Assembly: GCF_036321535.1 (NCBI RefSeq)
Contig: NC_087437.1
Span: forward strand, 3,720,001-3,784,000
DNA: 64,000 bases
Source of the DNA: Camelus dromedarius
Taxonomy: Eukaryota
Direction: 5' to 3'
This document shows, in pieces, positions 24,970 to 40,020 of the stretch. The translations under genes and the position numbers were made by a program. The notes beneath the pieces are model-generated. The model was not told the DNA's origin, did not search any database, and saw only the letters and a list, made by a program, of their open reading frames with translations. Numbering within the stretch: the first letter of the stretch is position 1; each line of letters starts with the position of its first letter.

Positions 24970-27900
24970 ATTTTTGTTTTGTTTTGATTCTTATTTTTTA
25001 TTGAAGTGTAGTCAGTCGACTTACAATGTTAGTTTCAGGTGTACAGCAAAGTGATTCAGTTATACATATACATACATAAAATACACATTTTTTTTCAGTT
25101 TCTTTTCCATTATGGCTCATTACAAGAAACTGAATAAACTTCCCTGTGCTATACAGTAGGTCTTTATTGTCTGTTTTACATATAGCAGTGTGTATCTGTT
25201 AATTCCAAACTCCTAATCTATCCCTCCCCCTCAACTCCCCCGGTAATCAGTTTGTTTTCTATGTCTGTCGAATCTATTTCCAGTTTGTAAATAAAATTTG
25301 TACCTTTTTAAAAAAAATTTTTACATGTAAGCAACATCATATGGTATGTGTCTTTATATGTCAGACTTACTTCATTTAATATGATAATCTATAGGTTCAT
25401 CCATGTTGCTGCAAGTGCACACACATGCAGACACATAAATGGAGTATTACTAGACCATAAAAAAGAACAAAATAATGTCATTTGCATATATATACAACAC
25501 ACACTACATCTTCATGTATCATCATCTGTTGATGGGCATTTAGGTTGTTTCCATGTCTTGGCTATTGTAAACAGTGCTGCTATGAACATGGGTGCATGTG
25601 TACTTTTGAATTGGATTTTCCTTCAGATATATGCCCAGGAGTGGGATTGCTGGATCATATCATAAGTCCATTTTTAGTTTTTTAAAGAACTTCTCTACTG
25701 TCTTCCATAGTGGCTGCACCAACCTACATTCCCCCAAGCAATGTAGGAGGGTTCTTGTTTCTCCATATCCTCTCCAGCATCTATCACTTGGAGACTTTTC
25801 AGTGATGGCCATTCTGGCTGGTGTGAAATGATACCTCATTGTAGTTTTTTTTTAAAATAATTAGTGAAATTGACCATCTTTTACTGTGCTGCTGGCCATC
25901 TGGATGTCTTCTTTGGAGAAATGTCTATTTAGGTCTTCTGCCCATTTTTTGATGGGGTTGCTTATCTTTTCTTTTCTTTTTTTTTTTTTTTTGATATTAA
26001 GCTGCAGGAGCTGTTCATATATTTCAGAAATTAGTCGCTCGTGGGTTGCATTATTTGCAAGTATTTTCTCCCATTCCGTAGGTTGTCTTTTAGTTTTGTT
26101 GATGATATCCTTAGCTGTGCAAAAGCTTTTAAGTTTAACTCGGTCCCATTTGTTTATTTTTGCTTTTATTTCCATTACTCTAGGAGCTGCTTTAAAAAAA
26201 TATTGCTATAATTTATGTCCAAGAGTGTTGTGCCTATGTTTTCCTCTAGGAGCTTTACAGTATCTGGTCTTACATTTAAGTCTTTAATCCATCTTGAGTT
26301 TATTTTTGTATATAGTGTTAGAGAATGTTCTAATTTCAGTCTTTCACAGGTAGCTGTCCAGTTTTCCCAGCACCATTTATTGAAGAGACTGTCTTTTCTC
26401 TATTGTATATTCTTAGCTCCTTTGTCATAGATTAATTGATCATAAGTGTGTGGGTTTACTGCTGGGTTTTCTATCCTGTTTCGTTGATCTATGTGTCATT
26501 TTGTGCCACTACCACACTGTTTTGATTACTATAGCTTTGTAGTATACTCTGAAGTCAGAAAGCATGATTTCTCCAGTTCTGCTCGTCTTTCTCAAGATTG
26601 TTTTGGCTATCCAGGGTCTTTTGTGCTTCCATACAAATTTAGCAATTCTTTGTTCCCATTCTGTGAAGAAGTGCTATTGGTAATTTGACAGGGATTGCAC
26701 TGAATTCGTATGTTACCTCGGGTAGTAGTAGTCATTTTAATAATAACGTCTTCCTATACAAGGATGCGTATATCTTTCCCTCTGTTTGTGTCATCTTCAA
26801 TTTCTTTCATCAGTGTCATAGTTTTCAGAGTACAGGTCCTTTGCTTCCTTAGACAGGTTTATTCCTGGGTATTTTAAACGGTATTGTTTCCTGGGATGTT
26901 AAATGGTATTTTCTTAATTTCTTTTTCTGATATTTCATTAGTGTATAGAAATGCAACTGATTTCTGTATATTAATTTTGTATTCTGAAACTTTACCAAAT
27001 TCATTGATGAGCTATAGTAGTTTTCTGGTAGCATCTTTAGGGTTTTCGTGTATAGTATCGTGTCATCTGCAAACAGTGATGGTTTTACTTCTTTGTTTCC
27101 AATTTGGGTTTCTTTTATTTTTTTTTTTTTTCCTTCTCTGTCTGCTGTGGCTAGGACTTCTAAAACCACGTTGAGTAAGAGTGGAGAGAGTGGGCATCCT
27201 TGTCTTGTTTCTGATCTTAGAGGAAATGCTTTCACCATTAAGTATGATGTTAGCTGTGGGTTTGTCATATATGGCCTTTATTATGTTGAGGTATGTTCCA
27301 TCTATGCCCACTTTCTGGAGAGTTTTTATCACAAATGAATGTTGAATTTTATCAAAAGCCTTTTCTGCATCTATTGAGATGATAATATGGTTTTTATTCT
27401 TCAATTTGTTAATGTGGTGCATCATGCTGATTGATTTGCAGATACTGAAAAATACCTGCATCCTTGGGATAAATCCCACTTGATCATGGTGTATGATCCT
27501 TTTAATGTATTGTTAGAGTTAGTTTGTTAGTATTTTGTTAAGAATTTTTGTATCTATATTCATAAGTGATACTAGCCTGTAATTTTTTTTTTTTTTGTGA
27601 TAACTTTGTCTTATTTTGGTTATCAGGGTGATGACGGCCTCCTAGAGTGACTTCGGAAGTGTTCCTTCCTCTGCAATATTTTGGAATAGTTTCAGAAGGA
27701 TAGGTGTTAACTCTTCTCTAAATGTTTGGTAGAATTCACCTGTGAAGCCATCTGGTCCTGGACTTTTGTTTGTTGGGAGTTTTTAAATTACTGATTTAAT
27801 TGCAGCACTGGTAATGTGTCTATTCATATTTTCTATTTCTTCCTGGTACAGTCTTGGCAAATTGTACCTTTCAAAGACACTGTCCATTTCTTCTAGGTTG

Positions 27901-29928
27901 TCCTTTTTGTTGGTGTATAGTTGCTTATAGTAGCCTCTTAGGATCCCTTTTATTTCTGTTGGTGTCAGTTATAACTTCTATCTCATTTGTGATTTTTATT
28001 AATTTGGGCCCTCTCCATTTTTTTCTTAATGAGTCTGACTAAAAGTTTATCAATTTGTTTATCTTTTCAAAGAACCAGCTTTTAGTTTCACTGACCTTTT
28101 CCACTGTTGTTGTTTTTATTTTGTTTTACTATTTCATTTATTTCTACCCTAATCTTTTTGATTTCTTTCCTTCTACTAACTTTGGGTTTTGTTTGTTCTT
28201 ATCTTTAGATATAAGTTTAGGTTGTTTATTTGAGATCGTTCTTATTTCCTGAATTAAGCTTGTATTTCTATAAACTTCCCTCTTAGATCTGCTTTTACTG
28301 TGTCCCAGAGGTTTTAGATCATCATGTTTTCATTTTCATTTGTCTCTAATTTTTTATTTCCTCTGATTTCTTCAGTGATCTATTGTTTGTTTTAGTAGCA
28401 TATTGTTTAGCCTCCATGTGTTTGTGGTTTTCGCAGTTTTTTTTCTTGTAGTTGATTTCTAGTCTCATAGCATTGTGGTTGGAAAAGATGCTTGATATGA
28501 TTTCAATTTTCTAAAAATTTACTGAGGCTTTGCTTTGTGGGCCAGCATGTGGTCAATTCTGTAGAATGTTCTATGTGCACTTGACAAGAATGTGGATTCT
28601 GCTGCTTTTGTATGGAATGCTCTATAAATATCAATTAAGTCCATATGGTCTAATGTGTCATTTAGAGCCTGTATTTCCTTACTGATTTACTGTCTGTATG
28701 ATATGTCTATTGATTTAAGTGGGGTGTTAAAGTCCCCCACTATTATTGTGTTACTGTCAATTTCTCCTTTTATATCTGTTAACAGTTGCCTTATATATTG
28801 AGGTGCTCCTATGTTGGGTGAGTATATATTTACAATTATTCTGTCGGATTGATCCCTTGAGCATTATGTGGTGTCCTTGTCTCTTTTAACAGTCTTTATT
28901 TTAAGATCTACTTTGTCTGATGTAAGTATTGCTACTCCAGCTCTCTTTTGGTTTCCATTTGCATGGAATATCTTTTACCATCCCCTTCACTATCAGCCTG
29001 CATGTGTCTCTAGCTCTGAAGTGGGTCTCTTGTAGACAGCATAGATACAGGTCTTGTTTTTGTATCCTCTCAGCCAGTCTACGTCTTTTGGTTGGAGCGT
29101 TAGTCCATTTACATTTAAGGTAATTATCAATAATTTGTTATTGATTTGTTGTTTTGGATTTGTTTTTGTAGGTCTTTTTTTCTCTTTCTTTTTTTTTTTT
29201 TTTGTTCTTTTCTCTTGTGGTTTGACTACTATAGCATTATATTTGGATTCCTCTTTCTCATGCATGTATATCTATTATAGATTTTTGGCTTGTTTGTTTG
29301 AAGTTGCTGGTCTCTTAATTTCAAATGCATTTTAGATACCCTGCAATCATGCCCTCATCATGCCCTCATGATGACTGGTTTTGATATCATATTTTACATC
29401 TACTTTTTCTGTATCCTTTAACTGCTTACTGTGGATACAGATGATTTTACTACCGTTGTCTTTTAACTTCCCTGTTAATTTGAGTGTGGATGATTTCCTA
29501 CCTCTACTTTCACCTTCACGGGTGAGCTTTCTCATTTTGTGATTTTCTTATTTCTAGTTGTAGCCTTTTCTTTTCTATCTAGAGAAGTTCTTTTAGCATT
29601 TGTTGTAAAGCTGGTTTGGTGGTGCTGAATTCTCTTGGCTTTTGCTTATCTGTGAAGTTTCTGATTTCTCCAACAAATCTGAGTAAGAGCCTTGCTGGAT
29701 GGAGTAGTCTTGGTTGTAGGTTTTTCCCTATCATCACTTTAAATATATTGTGCCCCTCTCTTCTCGCCTGTAGAATTTCTGCTGAAAAATCACCTGATAA
29801 CCTTATGGGAGTTCCCTTGTATGTCATCTATTGTTTTTGTCTTGCTATTTTTAATATTTTCTCTTTGTCTTTAATTTCTGTCAATTTGAAGACTATGTGC
29901 CTTGGCATGTTCCTACTTGGGTTAATCG
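24970..29928 (-). mobile_element. ~5-kb L1, 5'-truncated in ORF1, ORF2 disrupted by frameshifts/stops
   Basis: ORF1 CTD (29579..29827 TYKGTPIRLSGDFSAE), EN start [44 protein letters not shown], 3'UTR and A tail near 24970-25000. Confidence 0.93.
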
Positions 29929-32130
29929 TCTATATCTTCATATTTCTAATTATGTTTATCCTGCTACTTCTTTATTGATCAATTCTGTACACTGTCTATT
30001 GAGACAGGTGACAGCATGGCCGCCCCACTATCTACTCCTTCTCTCCCCTGTTACAACACAGGTAGCACAAAACTCACCAGTACTCTTTCTCTATAGTTCC
30101 TCACTGTGAGCAGAGTGGTAGTCACTAGAACAGCTCACAAAAGTTCCAGCTCTCCTTGTAGGCACGTGATAGAAATGCATTTCCCTACCCCTCTTAACAC
30201 ACTGAAGTCAGATGTGACTGGCTTTGGCTAAGAAACATGAGCAGTACTTGGGTCACTTCCATGGAAACTGAGGGACTAGTGCATAACGTGCTGTTCCTCT
30301 GCCCTCGCTGTGACAGCGCACACCCATGCTGAGACGGCGCCTCCATCTCCCCAGGCCCCCAGGGACCAGTGAGCAGGTATAGGGGAGAGAAGCAGCAGAA
30401 AGGTCTGATGTTTCCATGGCTATGCAAATCAAATGCATTTCTTTTCCTGTTCAAGTTTTATTTTTTATAAAGTTAATAACTGCCTATTTTTTATTCTCTT
30501 AGTTTCCTTAACAGCTATTACTAATCATTCCCTAACTCCTCCACAAAATACAGCCCTTCTCGGTGGTATTTTTCACACGCCCCACTGAGCAGGCAGGTCG
30601 CTGCGCCACTTTACTACTGAGCATTGTCCTCTCCTGTTCCAGTGTGAGCTGGTGACTTCCAGGTCTGCTGCAAGACCGGTGTCTGGAAGCTTCCCCTCCC
30701 GTCCTGGGGGCTCTATTCACCCCTCCCCTGGAGAGAACTCACTGGGTTCTTAGTCTTCCTTTTCCTTAACTTGTTCTCTTATCTAGTAATAACATATCCA
30801 CCAGTATGTTTCTAAGAAAAGATATGCATTTTGAGACTAGAATGTCTGAAAACATTTTAATTTTACCCCTACACGTGTAAGTTCAGCTGAGAAGAAATTT
30901 CCTCACAGTTTGAAGGCCTTCCTCTACTGCTTTCTAGCCTCCAGTGTGTAGTGTCACATCTGGAAAGGCTCAAGAAGCTACTTTAATTCCTAAACCATTG
31001 GGTATGTTCTCCCCCTTGCCCTTTGTCCCACCCTAACACCTCTGGATGCTTGCAGGACTCTCTTCAAGTTCCTCAGTTTGCCTGACTATGGGCCTCGGTG
31101 TGTTGCTCCCCTCACCCTGCACCTAACACACACTGTGCTGAGCATCTGGTGGGCAATTCTATTCTACAAGTCCTTCCTCCAGAAAATTTTCTGATGTTGT
31201 TTGATAAAATCTTCCCATTTTCTGTTCTCTCTTCCTGTCACCACTATTAGGTGGATGTTGGATCTTCTATTTTCTGATTTTCAGACCTGACTCGTACCTT
31301 ACTCTTTTTATATTGTCCACCTCCTTGACTTTTTGTTCTACTTTCTGATAGATTCCTTGAATTTATTTGAAAAACATTCTATTTAAAGTATTTTGCTATC
31401 ATTTTTTATGGTCTTTGGAAATTTTCTTCAGCATACAGCATTATCTTTGTTTCTCTGAGGCCCCTTTCTCTGTTGGTTCGGTCTGTGTCTTTCAAAGACT
31501 TTCCCCAAATATCTCGCAATCCCTGACTGTCCATTTATATTCAAGACTGAAGCAAATAAAAGTCTAGAAACTCCATGGGCATTGCAGAGTTTATCAACTG
31601 GTGGCCCTCACTGCAGAATGATGAGACAAAGGCCAGGAGCGTGTAAACTCTACCCGAGAGCAAAGAGCTTAGTTAAGACTGCTGTATACTGTTAGACTCA
31701 CCCCAGGCCCAGTCAGCTTCTCTAAAAAACTCCCCAACCTTCTGACTTAGAGAATGAAGGGAGGGAGATACTCAGCTGCAGGCATTCTAAGAAAGTGGAG
31801 TTGGGACCTAGGACAATGACTTGCCCTTAATCCCCCTGTTTTCAGTCTTAAATCTTAATTACACTCTCCACTCTTGTCCCTGAAATGAGACTTATGGCCT
31901 GCCATCAAGAACAGAAAAGGTACTTGGGAGAGTTCTACTGGTTCCTTACTCGGAATTTCAACCTGACTTCCTCTTTTTAGCCTTATGCCTTAGTCCCCAT
32001 CTTCGAAGATACCTGTTCCCCTAAGTCTTATCCATACTTTTCTCTTTTTTAGTTTATCTTTTATTTGTTGGTTGCCATTTTGGTAGGTTCCAGGGAGAGA
32101 AGAATGATAAATGCATACTGTCATGTTCAA
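29929..32130 (-). mobile_element. Old HAL1/L1ME-like element, main part; its 3' end lies at ~24820-24969, split off by the L1
   Basis: gaatgtctgaaaacattttaattttacccctacac, plus continuity ggtatttatccccatattt | gtctatatcttcatatttctaattatg across the L1; family assignment from memory. Confidence 0.5.
30100..30420 (+). mobile_element. Old MaLR LTR (MLT1I/J-like) fragment
   Basis: gatgtgactggctttggctaagaaacatgagcag...gggtcacttcc. Confidence 0.5.
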
Positions 32131-32298
32131 ATGGAAGTCCTCTAAAGACACACTATTAGAACCACTGGGGTTGTTTTTAAATTGGTAACTTTGCCTTATC
32201 TGTGCCAGCCAACCTCTTCTAGATCCTGAGTAAGGTCAGTGGGTTTGGGCTTTGTAGATTACACTGGTTGGTTTCATTCTGTAATAAGAACTCTTCAG

Positions 32299-32412
32299 AA
32301 TACGAAAATATATGTATGTATATGCATGACTAGGACACTGTGCTGTACACCAGAGATTTACACATTGTACTGACTGTGCTTCAATTAAAAAAATTTAAAA
32401 ATAAATAAAAAG
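32299..32412 (+). mobile_element. ~114-bp 5'-truncated L1 3' tail (camelid type)
   Basis: tatatgtatgtatatgcatgactaggacactgtgctgtacaccagag...cttcaattaaaaaaa; TSD agaactcttcag (32287-32298) / agaacttttcag (32413-32424). Confidence 0.8.
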
Positions 32413-33604
32413 AGAACTTTTCAGGTCAGCAAATGGGAAGAAAAATCACACAAATCTTTCCAAACTTACATTCTGCCGCTCCCTACTCCCTACACCCACT
32501 CAAAAGATTCAGTCCCCAACTTCTAATGCACAACTTTGGTGAGGTTATACTCAAAACTGCTAGAGTCAAATCTTCAAACTTTACATGAGCCACATCACCT
32601 TGAAGTAGCATGTGATCAAGATAAAATGTAAAGAAACAGACCTTCTGTGTAAACTCATATGCATATTCTTGCTGTGTAACAATAAGGACAAGGGACACCA
32701 GCTGAAAATTATCTAACTCTAATGCAGTTTCTGAAAGCTTTACATTACAAGGTTTAAGTAACAGACATTTTATTTTTATAGTTTTGTTGCCAACTGTCTC
32801 CTTTCCCAGAAGTTTATAAAGTTGACTGAAACTTTTCCTTTTATCAGAATTCCTGGCAGACTTCAATTCACAAGTTCGATGTTGAACAATTTAAAACCAA
32901 TACATTTCCTACTGATTATGGGTGAGGGGAATCTTCTCACTAATTCCCATCTACAAAGACGTAATTGGTTTCAAAATGCTGGTTCCAGCTAAAACACATA
33001 ACCAATTAATTCCTAATAAAGAAAATGTAAAAAGAACAAATACATATTTTAAGGGCAAAATAAGTTTAAGCATAAACTGGTAATAGCAACCCTGAGTGAT
33101 ATGATTACACATTATAGGTAACTAGTGTAAACAACTTATCACACTGTGCAAAAATTCCTAAAGCACCTGGGAATAAGGCAGTAGCCTGAAATATCAGTGT
33201 ATTTCATTTTGCCAGTTTGTGAGCTGGATCAACTAACATGAATTATACACACGTGGTAACCACTTTTCCACAAAATAATGTGGTTTTGTTCATTCTGAAG
33301 ACAATACACCCTTCAGAAGAACACAGGTAGACAACAGACAGTCATGATGAAGACTCTGGTGTCAGAAACCCTGGGAGACTGAGACCAGGCTCCACATCAT
33401 TTGAGCTGTTTGCTCACACAGCAAAGCTGGATGTATCTATGCATAAATTCAAAGAGAACATGAAAACAACCAGGGACGCGTGTAATATGAATTATATATA
33501 CCCTTCAGGGCTGGTCCATATCACGCTCAATGACTGCTTAAATCTACAGGTGGACAGTAAATGAAAAAGTCATCTACGTTAAGAAATATGTAATAAGTAT
33601 TTTA

Positions 33605-33724
<120 letters not shown>

Positions 33725-35575
33725 CTATATGGCACAAAAGGAAAGTTAACTCTCACCAATATGTGACTTTTTTCCTTTAACAAAGAAATAAGGGTCACAA
33801 CTTGCAGCAAGGCTGGCTACAGACACCTGGATTATTTTTCAGATAAGAGTGAGAGCAGAGCAGTGCTCCTCCTCCGTACATCACCTTTCTCTGCGCAGCA
33901 GCGCACATGCTCACTGTGGGAGTAGATCAAGTCTAAGGAGTGCTGCTCAACTGCATACAGAGCAAAACTTCAACTCTGACTAAATTAAATCCTCTACTGG
34001 CCAAATTCTGGAAGGAAGCAGGACACAAGTAAATAAAGATGCCTGGCCAATACTGAGCATGCACTTTCTAGTCAACAGAAGCTTCAGATTCAATCCCTCA
34101 CTTCTCATGGACTCACCTCTACCTTGCCTGGTGCTACCCCTGTCCTCCCCTGACCCCACATCCTGACACGCTGGCTACCACCATCATGCAGCGCTTCTCC
34201 TTCCGAAGAGCCTTTGCGTTTCCCTCCAAATATTCAAAAATATTCTTTCAACTACTCAAAACTCTAGTTTATTGCTTTTTACTGTCTACTGAAACATGTT
34301 CAGAACCTTCCTCCTGGCTTTCAAAGGCCTTCCAGAGCCCATCATTCAGCCTGTTTAACCACCCTCTAGGCCACTCACACTCCTTCCACTTCTTCCTGGC
34401 CAACCAATTCAGAAGCCACAATCCCCTCGAGGCTTCTTTATTCCTCTCTGCTTTCACCCTTGCTCTCCCTCAGCTGACCTCCTATCTAAACCCTTCCTTC
34501 CCTTCAAGCCCAGGCCCCAAGTCTGAATTTGCCCTGTTCTTGTAAATCTGGTAAATCTCAGTGTTTAAGACTTAACTGTCTACTACCTTGGTCTGCCTTT
34601 CATTTGTTCCAAGCATGTCACTGTTAACTCTCTACCTAAAATGTGAGGCCCCCACCCATAAGGAGGTGCTTTCACCCTCTTTATTTCTCAAAGAGATCAA
34701 GTTAAGTATAACAATAAATACTTGTTCAAAGTTGAATAACTAGTAACATCTTTAAAAAGCTATACTATACTATTTTAGTTATAGGGAGAACAAATGGTAA
34801 GGGAATGTGGGTTTCTGTTAAGAAAACATATGTATTCTAGAAGTACCAATTTTATTTTATTAAATTAAGTATGTTGTAACAACCCACATTTCTATCCTGG
34901 ATCTCAGTTCAAGCAAACTCATTTAGAGGCATCTTGTTTTATACAAGTCTCTAGGTTTTCTATGACTGCTCTTAAAAGCAGAAGTTTGTTTCTGTTATGG
35001 AGTGACAGATTGGACTTTAGGTTTCTCGTTTAATCAACCGCATGACTTAGGAGATGAGGTGCTCAACTGGGACAGATCAGAGGGTCACTGAGGGCACAGC
35101 CCACCTCGACAGCACAAACTCCAACTCTACACTCATTTTAAGAAACTGACAATGGGAGGAAAGGGAAGACAGGATAAAGAAAAGCTGATTTCTTATGATG
35201 GCGTTAGTATCTCTACATGGAAATACTAAAGAATGTTGCCTCTCACTCATCTGGAAGTTGACATTTATCAGCAATTACACACATTTATAAAGTTTTTCGC
35301 ATAAAACTCTAAATATTATGAAGACAAGAATTCTTTTCTTCTTAAGGACAAGCGCATCCCTGGTCATTAGTTTCTATCTTGCATGTAGGGGATACAAAGT
35401 TCTACTGAAAAAGCTCTATGCTCTGTATTTCCAGGAAGAATAAAATTGGTTTCCAAAATGCAGTAAAAACTATGAAACACTGTGAGTCTTCTTCACTCAA
35501 CGCCTAAAAGTCAGTAACACTGAAACTGTTCACATTTTCCTGTGAGGGTGGTATTTTCACACGTCAGAGAGGTCA

Positions 35576-35674
<99 letters not shown>

Positions 35675-35753
35675 CTAAGAGAAACGCACAGACTATGAGC
35701 CACTTCATCCTAAGTCACTGTGAAGAGTCACCTTCTCAGAGTCCAGTACTTAC

Positions 35754-35849
35754 CTCAACAATTCTGCTAACAGATGGGTTATAGAACCCATGGACAACAT
35801 CACCATCAACAAGCACCTCCCCAAATGGATTGTAGCCAACTCCAGTAAC
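35754..35849 (-). CDS. ATP2C1: ATP2C1 exon 14 (96 nt), [32 protein letters not shown]
   Basis: cctcag|GTTACT...GAG|gtaagt. Confidence 0.96.
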
Positions 35850-36959
35850 CTGAGGAACACAAAGTGGAGTCAACAATACAACCGGCAGACAGGGACAGTA
35901 CTACATGAAAACCAAAAACCATCATGAGCTGCGTTCATTTCATTTTACACATCACAACACTGTTAGCTGTATACCTAGAAAAGAATTTAAATTTGTCTAA
36001 AAGAACAACAATTAACAGTGAAAGGAATATAGATACTCATTTTCATCACAATGATAAACCTAGTTATTATACTAATAATTAACTATTGATTATGCTAATT
36101 AATAATGCATAGCATATTACAAGTCAAAACAATATAATTGTTAATATACTTAATACAATCTTGTATTATTTCAAATTGCAATATACTACAAAAAGGATAA
36201 ATAAGCCACGAAAATCTCTATACACAGTGAGCTTAAATTTATTTAACGTTACATTTATGTAAGACGCTACAATTTGTAAAGAATTCAAATCTACTACATC
36301 TAACATTTGTGACAAACCTATGACGTAGACAAAAGCAGAATTATTTCTCCTTCTCTGCAAATACGCAGGCTCAGAGTCATTAAGTGATTTACCTTAGCAC
36401 TTACAAACTTCTGTAACGTATATTATGCACCAATTTTAAAAATCAAAGACAGACAAGTCAGACACTTATTCTAAATGGCTAGAACAAACCAAGCCAAACA
36501 AAAGTTAAGATTGTTTAGAGGAATTAACAAACGGTTAATGCTTGACATACAAAATTATGGGCTTAAAAGAGAAACTTCTATCTTACCTTCCATATCTGGA
36601 CCATAAAATAGAAGCACATGTGACCCTAATAACCCTTCCATGTCATCCAGAAAAGGCACATTCAACAATACAGCACTGGGTATCCCTAACCAAATCTAAC
36701 ACCCTAAATATCAACAGTCTCAGTTTAAGGCCTTGTAAAATGGAATTAAACAGACCTAAGTGCCACTTCTGTCACTTTGTCAAATGCTTACTTTGCTCAG
36801 AGAACTGGCTGCAAATATATTTTAAAACACTGTACCCATCATATGCAGGCTAATAAAAATTCCAGCCAGAAATCCTGCCAAGACTAGGTGTGACTGGAAC
36901 TTGTCTTCAGCCAACCTCAAAATTAACCAGGGCATGTACACTGACACGTACTTGAGATG

Positions 36960-37807
<848 letters not shown>

Positions 37808-38584
37808 TCACCAAGAGTCAGGGGAAACACAAGTTCACACTGAACACAAATCAAAGACGCTGGAAGCCTGTCCTGCTCCTCTGAATTTTGTACAAATCAA
37901 GCTCATGGATAAGTTTAAACTGCTCTCTCTCATTGTGTTTGCTTCATCACATGGTAGTTTCTAAAATTAAAATTAAAAGTTAGATACTGATAAATGTTGA
38001 CTTTATTTATCTACAGTTGAATTTCTACAAAGCTACCTGACGTTAGGCTTACATAGTAATTTTATATATTTTCTAGAAAGTTGCAAGGGTACCTAAATAT
38101 AAACCTATCATATAACTTTTTCAGTCAGTAGTTTAAGGTATTTTTGCCTTCTCAATACTAAGATGCAAACTAGAAACTAAATTCAAAATTTTTGGATTCC
38201 TAAATAAAAAGAAGTTTTGTAACATATATAAATAAACTTATCACAATTTTCATATCACACATAAGATTATGTTACAGCAACAGAACTATTATATATTTAC
38301 TGATCTTACCAACAAATTCAACTCAAGAATGACATTTTAGGATCCATAATTATCAATTATCTTCCTTGAGATAGCAAAAGAAAACATTCTATTTCACTTT
38401 AAAGTTTCATTTGTTACTTTTTTTTTAAACATGATTTAAAGCATTAGAGCATTCCGTGATGCAGAAAGATGTAAGAGTTCCCTGACCTGAGTGATATGCA
38501 TTTTAATGACGTTTTTGGCTGTTAAAACCAAACTCAACACTGCCACAAGCCAGACACTACCATGCAAGCCTCTAAGACAAACTA

Positions 38585-38839
<255 letters not shown>

Positions 38840-38974
38840 TCAATTTTCAGTAATGTTCGCTGTTACTTTAAACAGAGGCTAAATAATGTAAAATTAATAC
38901 TGTCAATACCTAACTAGGGCCTCAAAATGAGGTAAAACTGATTACCCTTTATTGGACACCTACTAGCTGCCAGG

Positions 38975-39127
38975 TTAAGCAGAGGTTAAAGATAGAGGCT
39001 CTGCCATCAGACTGCCTAGATTTGTGCCCCAGTGTCATCCGTTGTTACCCGTGTGACCTCAAGCTACTGTGACTCCATGACTCTGTAGTGTAGTTTCCTC
39101 ATCTATAAACACAGAGAATAGTAATGG
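38975..39127 (+). mobile_element. MIR SINE
   Basis: tcagactgcctagatttg...gtgtgacctc...agtttcctcatctataaa. Confidence 0.65.
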
Positions 39128-39132
39128 GTGTT

Positions 39133-39610
39133 CAAATACTTGTCCATGAATGTTCACAGCTGCCTTACAGCCAAAAGAAAGAAAGAGCCCAAGTGTTCAC
39201 CAACTGGTGAATAGGAAATTGATATATAGGCATACAGTGGACTACTATTCAGGCATAAAAAAGGGAAAAGTCCTGATTCGTGCTACAACATGGACAGACC
39301 TTCGCAACACTGTATTAAGTGAAAAAAGCAGGCACAAAAGGACACATATTGTATGATTCTATTTACATGAAATATCAAGAATAAGCAAATACAAAGAGAT
39401 AGAAAGCAGTTTAGTGGTTGCCAGTAGGTAGGGAGAAGAATGGGGAATGACTGCAAAACGGGGACTGAGATTTCTTCTGGGGGTGAAGAAAAAGCTCCCA
39501 CACTAGAGAGTGGTGGTGGGTCTAACATTATGAATGTACTCAATGCCACTGAATTGTATACTTTAAAATGGAAAACTGTATGGTATGTGTATATTGTATG
39601 ACAAAAAAAA
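39133..39610 (+). mobile_element. L1MB-type 3' end
   Basis: gaatgttcacagc...tgctacaacatggacagaccttc...aatgccactgaattgtatactttaaaatgg...acaaaaaaaa. Confidence 0.8.
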
Positions 39611-40020
39611 TTTATTACTTCACTATTTCCCTTTGTAATATTAAGAATCTCTCAAATTAAAATCTCCACTCTTGTCCCTTCCTGAGTACTATCTCCTACT
39701 TCTCCTGCAGACAAGGCCACGTGCCCCTCCCTCATTCTGACACTGGGCCCTGCACTGCCTCGACTTCCCTTTTTCTATTACCTACTCTTTCTTTAGCAGG
39801 ATCCAACTTGATTATCATTACATCCTGCTCTATAACCATTATCGACTTTTCACAGGTTGATTCTAAAAGTTGAAAGCCAGTGAGTAACAGTTACAGTACT
39901 ACTGGCTGAACAGTATACACTCAAGAGTCAAGAAATAAGTGCTACCATTAATACCACGTTCCCTCTTTGAACTATTCTAAGTCCACACAGAACCCTCTTT
40001 CCTTATGCTTCCACTGCCTT

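Noticed and set aside
24970..29928. Potentially active L1
   Set aside because: No 5'UTR; ORF2 is fragmented by frameshifts and stops
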